Virus record (IMG/VR): IMGVR_UViG_3300021560_000037
Coordinates: 1-37,581 of that record
Length of the DNA: 37,581 nucleotides
Strand: one strand, 5' to 3'
Source of the DNA: a virus
The translations under genes and the position numbers were made by a program. Of the stretch, positions 32,788-37,581 are shown piece by piece; the first letter of the stretch is position 1, and each line of letters begins with the position of its first letter. The notes under the pieces are model-generated. The model did no database searches. It was not told the origin of the DNA and saw only the letters and a list, made by a program, of their open reading frames with translations.

Positions 32788-32811
32788 GATGATCTCCGCG
32801 TTAACGGAGAC

Positions 32812-32840
32812 AATATAACTGCGGCTTATATTCCTGGCAA
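32812..32840 (-). promoter_or_regulatory. Candidate early leftward promoter (TTGCCA-N17-TATATT on minus strand)
   Basis: Hexamers read directly (plus-strand tggcaa 32835-32840, aatata 32812-32817) in an AT-rich gap between the repressor stop and the first early gene. Confidence 0.5.
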
Positions 32841-32923
32841 TGAAAAAATATCGTCTGCGATCATATTAAATGGGCAGGCGATATCGTGCACCTTAGCCGC
32901 GATGGCCGAGAGCCTGCCGACGA

Positions 32924-33277
32924 TCAGTCTGCGGAATGGTCGTCGGCGAGCAAGAATAGCACACCTGCAAGAACTATTTTGCGCTTACTCTCTCCTAGTT
33001 TCCAGTAGCTCTGCACTAATGTGCGCACCCCGGGATCGGCCAGGATCTCAGGCGGAAGGCTAGGTGGCATCCTATTGATAAACACATGAAGATCAACATT
33101 GAGGGCGAGCGCGAGGTTGATCCGATGCTTGTCTTCTGGCTCGGACTTGCCGCTTTCCCATTGGCTGATGGCGCTTTGCTGAACATTTAACAGCTTAGCG
33201 AGTTGGTTCTGGGTGTAGCCAGAGCGCTGCCGGGCGCGCCTGATTTGATCGCTGAGCGCCATGCCAAGATCGTGCAT
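32924..33277 (-). CDS. CI-like repressor (XRE HTH, no S24 peptidase domain)
   Basis: LSDQIRRARQRSGYTQNQLAKLLNVQQSAISQWESGKSEP; start placed at ATG 33277 because the longer track ORF (to 33520) is antisense to the Cro-like gene. Confidence 0.65.
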   Translation of the reverse strand: MHDLGMALSDQIRRARQRSGYTQNQLAKLLNVQQSAISQWESGKSEPEDKHRINLALALNVDLHVFINRMPPSLPPEILADPGVRTLVQSYWKLGESKRKIVLAGVLFLLADDHSAD

Positions 33278-33331
33278 CACCGGGGCGTCCGATGAATCGA
33301 TATTCAGCGGATCCGGATCGATATTCGCCCC

Positions 33332-33361
33332 TTGCGCGGCGTTATCGTCCGGAATTATATT
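33332..33361 (+). promoter_or_regulatory. Candidate rightward promoter (TTGCGC-N18-TATATT)
   Basis: Read directly; would give a very short or absent leader for the Cro-like gene. Confidence 0.3.
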
Positions 33362-33376
33362 GCCATCATGATCGGA

Positions 33377-33628
33377 ATGGACCTCCTCCGGGCTCAGCAT
33401 GGGCTGGTTTCGTGGCTTGCGCCGCGGCTTGGCTTGTCGCAGCCCGCTTTGTTCCAATGTCAGGTGATTCCGGCCGAACGCGCGGTCGAGATCGAACTCA
33501 TCACGGGCATTCCGCGCCATCTTCTCCGCCCTGATCTATGGACGCCCCCGTGGAAAGAAGAACCGGAAACAGCGGTCCAACGCAATAACATAAGGCAGAG
33601 TTATAAGCGGTCGCTGGCGGCTTTATGA
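33377..33628 (+). CDS. Cro/YdaS-like HTH protein
   Basis: LAPRLGLSQPALFQCQVIPAERAVEIELITGIPRHLLRPDLW matches the YdaS/Cro pattern (..vPaer...iE..T.G.v.r..LRPD.w); ATG 33368 is an alternative start. Confidence 0.65.
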   Translation: MDLLRAQHGLVSWLAPRLGLSQPALFQCQVIPAERAVEIELITGIPRHLLRPDLWTPPWKEEPETAVQRNNIRQSYKRSLAAL

Positions 33629-33755
33629 TCCGGCTAATATCGATAAAATAAGACGGTTTATGTTTCGTTCGGAATATTATCAGTGGGCATTTGATCAATT
33701 TGTCGCAGTACCAACGGCTGCAGTATGTCTGCGGCCGCAACCGTAGGGGGAAACG

Positions 33756-33902
33756 ATGCTGGATCACGCTCCCCTCCACACCCTGCAGCTGGAGATGCCG
33801 CATCGTCGCGGCGTGGGTCGCTGGGTGCGCTGCTCGGAGTGTTTTCTCTCCGGCATGGCCGGCGCCCTGGCGGTGCTTGGGCTGATCTGGTGGGCGACCT
33901 GA
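33756..33902 (+). CDS. Possible small protein (48 aa; below track cutoff)
   Basis: GGGGGA SD; MLDHAPLHTLQLEMPHRRGVGRWVRCSECFLSGMAGALAVLGLIWWAT; stop 1 nt before the next ATG. Confidence 0.4.
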   Translation: MLDHAPLHTLQLEMPHRRGVGRWVRCSECFLSGMAGALAVLGLIWWAT

Positions 33903-33903
33903 T

Positions 33904-34095
33904 ATGGCGCAGCTGTTCCCGCCCACGCTGCAAGAGGAGATTGCCTGCATCGAGCGGGAGCTAAAGCTGCGCTACCGGGTCTATCCCGATCGGGTGCAGC
34001 AGCGGGCGATGACACGGCAGCGCGCCGAGCGCGAGATCGAGACGATGCAGGCGGTGCATCGCCGGCTGGTGAAGCTCGCCGAGGGGGAGCCCTGA
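33904..34095 (+). CDS. Hypothetical protein (63 aa)
   Basis: Track ORF, tightly packed rightward operon. Confidence 0.55.
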   Translation: MAQLFPPTLQEEIACIERELKLRYRVYPDRVQQRAMTRQRAEREIETMQAVHRRLVKLAEGEP

Positions 34096-34316
34096 TGGTG
34101 GCGAAACCTGATTTCTCGCGGCTGGTGATGCTGGATCTGACACCGACCGAGGCGGCGACACTGGCGGTGTGGCTGGACAGCAAATTGTTCTTTATGGACG
34201 AGCGCCAAGAAGCGGATATGCGGTCGATCGTCACCGGCATGCTCGCCCGCATCAACCTGCAGCTCGATCAGCTGCACTGGCCCCGGGAGCGCCGCCAAGC
34301 TCCCTACCCGGTTTAA
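34095..34316 (+). CDS. Hypothetical protein (73 aa)
   Basis: TGATG coupling. Confidence 0.5.
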   Translation: MVAKPDFSRLVMLDLTPTEAATLAVWLDSKLFFMDERQEADMRSIVTGMLARINLQLDQLHWPRERRQAPYPV

Positions 34317-34317
34317 C

Positions 34318-34758
34318 ATGCGTTCAGCCGCGGCCAAAACCGCACGGAGTGCGCCAGCACTGCGCCTGACCGCGCCGGTGGTGCGCGAGGCCGTGCTGCA
34401 CAAGCAGATCGCCGACACGTTCCGCCTCGAGATCGCTCCGGCCGGGCGCGTCTCCAAAGCGGGTGTGGTGTGGTGGTCGGTCGACATGGCGGCTTATGCC
34501 GGCAACGTGCCCGGGATCCGCACCGGCCGCGGCTGTATCGCCGGCGTGCCGGACATGATCGTGCTCCACGAGGGACGGGCGTTCTTTCTCGAGCTGAAGG
34601 CCGAGGACGGGATCCTCTCACCGGCGCAGTGCACCGTCGGTGCGGCGATCCTGGTGTGCGGGGCGCGGTACGGCGTGGTGAGGGATGCGGCCGAGGCGGT
34701 TGCTCATCTCGACGCGTGGGAGATTCCGCGGGCGCATCGCGTGGTGGGGCTGCGGTGA
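34318..34758 (+). CDS. VRR-NUC domain nuclease
   Basis: ...GCIAGVPDMIVLHEGRAFFLELKAEDGILSPAQ... = PD-(D/E)XK core of VRR-NUC proteins. Confidence 0.7.
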   Translation: MRSAAAKTARSAPALRLTAPVVREAVLHKQIADTFRLEIAPAGRVSKAGVVWWSVDMAAYAGNVPGIRTGRGCIAGVPDMIVLHEGRAFFLELKAEDGILSPAQCTVGAAILVCGARYGVVRDAAEAVAHLDAWEIPRAHRVVGLR

Positions 34759-35525
34759 TGGCGAAGATCCCGTACATGCGTTGGTACCCCGCGGATTACG
34801 CTGGCGACACGACACATTTGACGCGGGATCAGGACGGCGGCTACCGACTTTTGCTCGATTCTATGTGGCTTCGCGATGGCAAATTGCCCGACGATGACGC
34901 GCAACTTGCTGTAATCACTAAATGTTCGACACTCGATGAGTGGCACCTGTTGCGCAAAATTTTAGCGCCGTTTTTTAAAATTTCGCATGGCATTTGGCGA
35001 CAGAAACGGCTCACCCGAGAGCTACGCGAAATGTATGACCTCCAGCAAGTCCGCAGAAACGCTGGGAAAAAAGGCGCTGTACAGAGATGGCAAACGCATA
35101 CTTTTGCCAATGGCAAAACAATGGCTTTGCCAACCCCCCCTACCCCTTCCCTTCTTCTTCCCCCCAAACCCCCTAATAATAACCCTTCCCTACCCCCTCC
35201 ATATCCAGATTCTCCGCCGCCTACGGCGGCGCGCGCCCCGAACGGGCGGGCGGCTTCGCCGGACAAGGATCTCGAGAGCGAGGGGGGTGCCCTTCTCGGC
35301 GAGCGCAAACGCGGGCTGATCCGCAAGATGGTGGTGCGGTATGGGCCCGAGGTGGTGCGCGGCGCCCTCGCCGCGGTCGCTCGCCGACAGCCTGCTGAGC
35401 CGATCCCCTACTTCCTCAGCTGCTGCGAGGAGCACCGGCCCGGACCCGATCCGCCGGCCGCGGCGGAAAGCAATCCTGGACCCCAAGGACCGCCGCCCAA
35501 GGTTTACGTCCCCCTGGAGGGCTGA
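34758..35525 (+). CDS. DUF1376 (YdaU-like) protein with Pro-rich linker; putative replication-associated
   Basis: ATG overlaps previous TGA; MAKIPYMRWYPADYAGDTTHLTRDQDGGYRLLLDSMW..GKLPDDD matches the DUF1376 N-terminal pattern. Confidence 0.65.
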   Translation: MAKIPYMRWYPADYAGDTTHLTRDQDGGYRLLLDSMWLRDGKLPDDDAQLAVITKCSTLDEWHLLRKILAPFFKISHGIWRQKRLTRELREMYDLQQVRRNAGKKGAVQRWQTHTFANGKTMALPTPPTPSLLLPPKPPNNNPSLPPPYPDSPPPTAARAPNGRAASPDKDLESEGGALLGERKRGLIRKMVVRYGPEVVRGALAAVARRQPAEPIPYFLSCCEEHRPGPDPPAAAESNPGPQGPPPKVYVPLEG

Positions 35526-35526
35526 C

Positions 35527-36039
35527 ATGCGCAAGTGGAGCGAATGCCTGACCGACGACGCCAAGTACCAGTACCACGCCGAGGTCTACGCTTGGCGGCG
35601 GGTGCGAGGCTTCGCTAGCGTCGACGAGAAGACCTCGCCGGTCGATCCCGAGGGTCGATGGTTCGACGAGTATCTCGTCCGCCAGGCCGCGGCTGCCTTG
35701 CAGGCAAAGCAGCGCCGACAGCCGAGCTTCACCTTCACCGACGAGGAGCTCGAGGAGCGCCGCGAATGGGCGCGGCTGAAAGGCTACGCTAGCTGGGAGT
35801 CCTTCCTCGACGCGGTCGAGGCGGGCACTGCCAGCATCCTGCCGTTCCTTGGCTGGGCCAACGCCCGGCGCGAGGAACGCGGACCGCCACAGGTCGGCAC
35901 GTTTGTGCGGATCGGCGCAGCCCTCGCCCCCAGAGCCGCCGCGCCCATCGAGGGTTTGCCGCCGCCACCTCCGCGCCGCGACCCCATCCACCAGACCCAT
36001 ACCGAGCTCGGCGTGAGCGTGTCGGAGGCCGCGGAATGA
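35527..36039 (+). CDS. Hypothetical protein (170 aa)
   Basis: ATG 35527 right after previous stop; in-frame part of track ORF 35341..36039. Confidence 0.5.
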   Translation: MRKWSECLTDDAKYQYHAEVYAWRRVRGFASVDEKTSPVDPEGRWFDEYLVRQAAAALQAKQRRQPSFTFTDEELEERREWARLKGYASWESFLDAVEAGTASILPFLGWANARREERGPPQVGTFVRIGAALAPRAAAPIEGLPPPPPRRDPIHQTHTELGVSVSEAAE

Positions 36040-36070
36040 GCGCAAATCTGCACCTCGCGGCGGGCGCGTA

Positions 36071-36181
36071 ATGCCGCTCTGGACGATCCTCATCCTCGGC
36101 TGGGTGCTCGCAAGCGCCATTGCAGCGCCGCTGATCGGGCGTAAAATATCCACGCCGGACCCGGGAGACTTCCCATGCTGA
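36071..36181 (+). CDS. Possible small membrane peptide (36 aa; below track cutoff)
   Basis: MPLWTILILGWVLASAIAAPLIGRKISTPDPGDFPC: one TM segment; overlaps next small ORF. Confidence 0.35.
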   Translation: MPLWTILILGWVLASAIAAPLIGRKISTPDPGDFPC

Positions 36182-36324
36182 CCCTGATCCTGCTGATCTT
36201 CGCGTTCGTCCTCTGCGTCGTCCAAGCCTTCCGGCCATGGACGCAACCCTTCCCTGTGCCGCATCTCGGCTGGCTCGGCGTGAGTTTGTATTTACTCACG
36301 CTGATCCTTGGCGGGCGAATTTGA
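36175..36324 (+). CDS. Possible small membrane peptide (49 aa, two hydrophobic segments; below track cutoff)
   Basis: MLTLILLIFAFVLCVVQAFRPWTQPFPVPHLGWLGVSLYLLTLILGGRI. Confidence 0.4.
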   Translation: MLTLILLIFAFVLCVVQAFRPWTQPFPVPHLGWLGVSLYLLTLILGGRI

Positions 36325-36337
36325 CTGTCTCAACGCT

Positions 36338-36748
36338 ATGAACGCCAACCCCACAACCGCGCACCTCAAACCGTGGAAACCCGGCGAAACCTCGTCACGA
36401 TCACGGTCCAAAGAAGTCGAACAGATGCTCCGGACCGCTCGGAAGAATGGCAACGAAGGCATGCTGTTTGCGGTGAAAGTTATGCGCGATGACGGTGTTG
36501 ATGTGCGTGTCAGACTGAAGGCGGCCGAGATGATCATCGAGCGCGCCATGCCCCGGAACCCCGACACCATTGCCGCCATGCTTGGTGACGGTTTCACCAG
36601 TCACCTCACCATCTCGTTTGTGAATGTGCCGCCGGCGGTGACGATCGACCAACCCGCGGGCACCAATCGCGACGACCAGGTGGCGCACACCAACGGTCAC
36701 GATCCGTCACCGCTCACGATCACCTTTGTCAACCCGGAGGAATGCTGA
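36338..36748 (+). CDS. Putative terminase small subunit (DUF5681-like N-terminus)
   Basis: MNANPTTAHLKPWKPGETSSRSRSKE...RVRLKAAEMIIERAMP resembles the ..L.pw.kGqSGNP.Gr.. / ..aae.ildR small-terminase-like pattern; located upstream of terL. Confidence 0.45.
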   Translation: MNANPTTAHLKPWKPGETSSRSRSKEVEQMLRTARKNGNEGMLFAVKVMRDDGVDVRVRLKAAEMIIERAMPRNPDTIAAMLGDGFTSHLTISFVNVPPAVTIDQPAGTNRDDQVAHTNGHDPSPLTITFVNPEEC

Positions 36749-37029
36749 TGGCAGACAACAACGCGTTGGCTGGCTACGTGTCCGAGCTCGAGGAGATCGC
36801 CGGCGAGCGGGAGACGCTCAACGAGCGCTCAAAGGACATCTACGACGCGCTGAGGGAGGCGGGCTACAACGCCAAGGCGGTGCGCCAGATCGTCCGCGAA
36901 CGGCGCATGGATGCCGACGCGCTCGAGGCTTACAACGACACCCTCGACGAATACCGCGAGGCGCTCGGGCAGCTCGCCGGCACGCCGCTCGGTGAAGCGG
37001 GAGCGCCGCGGATGCACGCGGTTTCGTGA
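36748..37029 (+). CDS. GapR/DUF2312-family DNA-binding protein homologue (93 aa)
   Basis: GGAGG 7 nt before ATG 36748; LAGYVSELEEIAGERETLNERSKDIYDALREAGYNAKAVRQIVRERRMDADALEAYNDTLDEYREALG parallels GapR (..ierierLe.E...i....kevyaeaK..GfD.K.l.kiv..Rk.d...r.e......lY..alG). Confidence 0.75.
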   Translation: MADNNALAGYVSELEEIAGERETLNERSKDIYDALREAGYNAKAVRQIVRERRMDADALEAYNDTLDEYREALGQLAGTPLGEAGAPRMHAVS

Positions 37030-37056
37030 CCGCCTGGTACAACGAGAACGACCCCT

Positions 37057-37581
37057 ATGGCCGCTCGATGGCTCAAAAACCTCGTGGATGCCCGACATCT
37101 ACCGGCCGGGGCCGTCGATGACCGTAGGATCCTCGATGTCGACCCAGATGATCTGGCCGGGTGTCGCCAGTGCCATTTCTTCGCCGGCATCGGCGGCTGG
37201 GCCTACGCGCTCGCCCTCGCCGGCTGGCCCGACGACCGCGAAGTCTGGACCGGATCATGTCCTTGTCAGCCGCTTTCGAGCGCGGGACAGCGGCGTGGTC
37301 ATGCCGACAAACGACACCTCTGGCCCGCTTTTTACGCACTCATCGCCGAGCGCCGCCCTGGAACGATCTTTGGAGAGCAGGTTGCGAGCAAGGATGGACG
37401 CGAATGGCTCGCCGGAGTACGCGCTGACCTGGAAGCATTGGGATATGCCGTCGGGGCCGCCGATCTGTGCGCTGCGGGCGTCGGCGCGCCGCACATCCGA
37501 CAGCGGCTATACTGGGTGGCCGACGCCGACGCAGCGCGATCACAAGGACGGCGCGTCGACGCTGGAGAATACGCCGGTCAA
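37057..37581 (+). CDS. dcm: DNA (cytosine-5)-methyltransferase, 5' part (continues at 1..429; 37459-37581 duplicates 1-123)
   Basis: Hand translation: ...QCHFFAGIGGW (motif I), GSCPCQPLSSAG (motif IV, PCQ), RHLWP, FGEQV (motif VI), AAGVGAPHIRQRLYWVA (motif VIII); see finding on the GTG 37026 start. Confidence 0.85.
   Translation, partial: MAARWLKNLVDARHLPAGAVDDRRILDVDPDDLAGCRQCHFFAGIGGWAYALALAGWPDDREVWTGSCPCQPLSSAGQRRGHADKRHLWPAFYALIAERRPGTIFGEQVASKDGREWLAGVRADLEALGYAVGAADLCAAGVGAPHIRQRLYWVADADAARSQGRRVDAGEYAGQ
37459..37581. repeat. Terminal direct repeat copy 2 (identical to 1-123)
   Basis: Same 123-nt string as the window start. Confidence 0.95.

Larger units (their letters stand above)
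1..37581. mobile_element. Complete genome of a temperate high-GC phage with a P22-like morphogenesis module; unit length 37,458 bp, window = one circle plus 123-bp overlap
   Basis: Terminase, portal, scaffold, P22-type coat, gp10-like hub, ejection proteins, tail fibre, integrase/excisionase/attP, repressor/Cro and exo/RecT modules all present; first and last 123 nt identical. Confidence 0.9.

Noticed and set aside
33278-33520. N-terminal 81-residue extension of the repressor (track ORF 32924..33520)
   Set aside because: It is exactly antisense to the Cro/YdaS-like gene, which has a clear family pattern. The HTH domain starts after ATG 33277, and a divergent arrangement with a 90-bp operator gap is the standard layout. 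A GGAG before ATG 33520 keeps this from being excluded entirely.

Overview
The window is one complete circle of a temperate, high-GC phage genome. Bases 1-123 are identical to 37459-37581, so the unit length is 37,458 bp, and the overlap falls inside a C5-cytosine methyltransferase gene. All homology calls are motif recognition by eye and from memory; no database search was run.

Plus-strand late block, 36.3 kb through the junction to 24.8 kb:
- Packaging and head: small-terminase-like protein, GapR/DUF2312-like protein, dcm, terL, five small or repeat proteins, P22-type portal, two Q/M/G-rich low-complexity proteins, scaffold and a P22-type coat.
- Tail and ejection: adaptor-like protein, coiled-coil protein, P22 gp10-like hub, an Asp/Asn beta-hydroxylase-type dioxygenase, a GNAT acetyltransferase, three large ejection/internal proteins and a tail fibre.
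- A low-GC two-gene membrane-protein cassette is inserted on the opposite strand.

Lysogeny and early genes:
- attP is the 3' part of a tRNA-Ser(GCU)-like sequence flanked by TTTGCACCCC arm repeats, with a tyrosine integrase and an excisionase beside it.
- One long minus-strand early operon runs 32.8 to 25.9 kb. It carries a YqaJ-type exonuclease, RecT, a NinB/DUF1367-like protein, a GcrA-like regulator, HTH proteins, xis and int.
- A repressor and a Cro/YdaS-like gene are divergent. The short rightward block carries VRR-NUC and DUF1376.
- GcrA-, GapR- and DUF1376-type genes point to an alphaproteobacterial host.
- I recognised no endolysin, polymerase, helicase or primase.

Most unusual feature: a 445-nt intergenic tract at 28581-29025 inside the early operon. 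It consists of 89 consecutive, in-register, degenerate pentanucleotide units, CCNNR on the plus strand and YNNGG on the transcribed sense strand. The constraint is clearly on the nucleic acid, and I cannot assign it to any described element class.

Other anomalies:
- Two overlapping methyltransferase-like reading frames across the junction.
- Two apparent homopolymer frameshifts.
- A cryptic antisense ORF with an in-frame TGA in the 594-bp scaffold-coat gap.

Many long antisense or alternate-frame ORFs in the track are high-GC artefacts.
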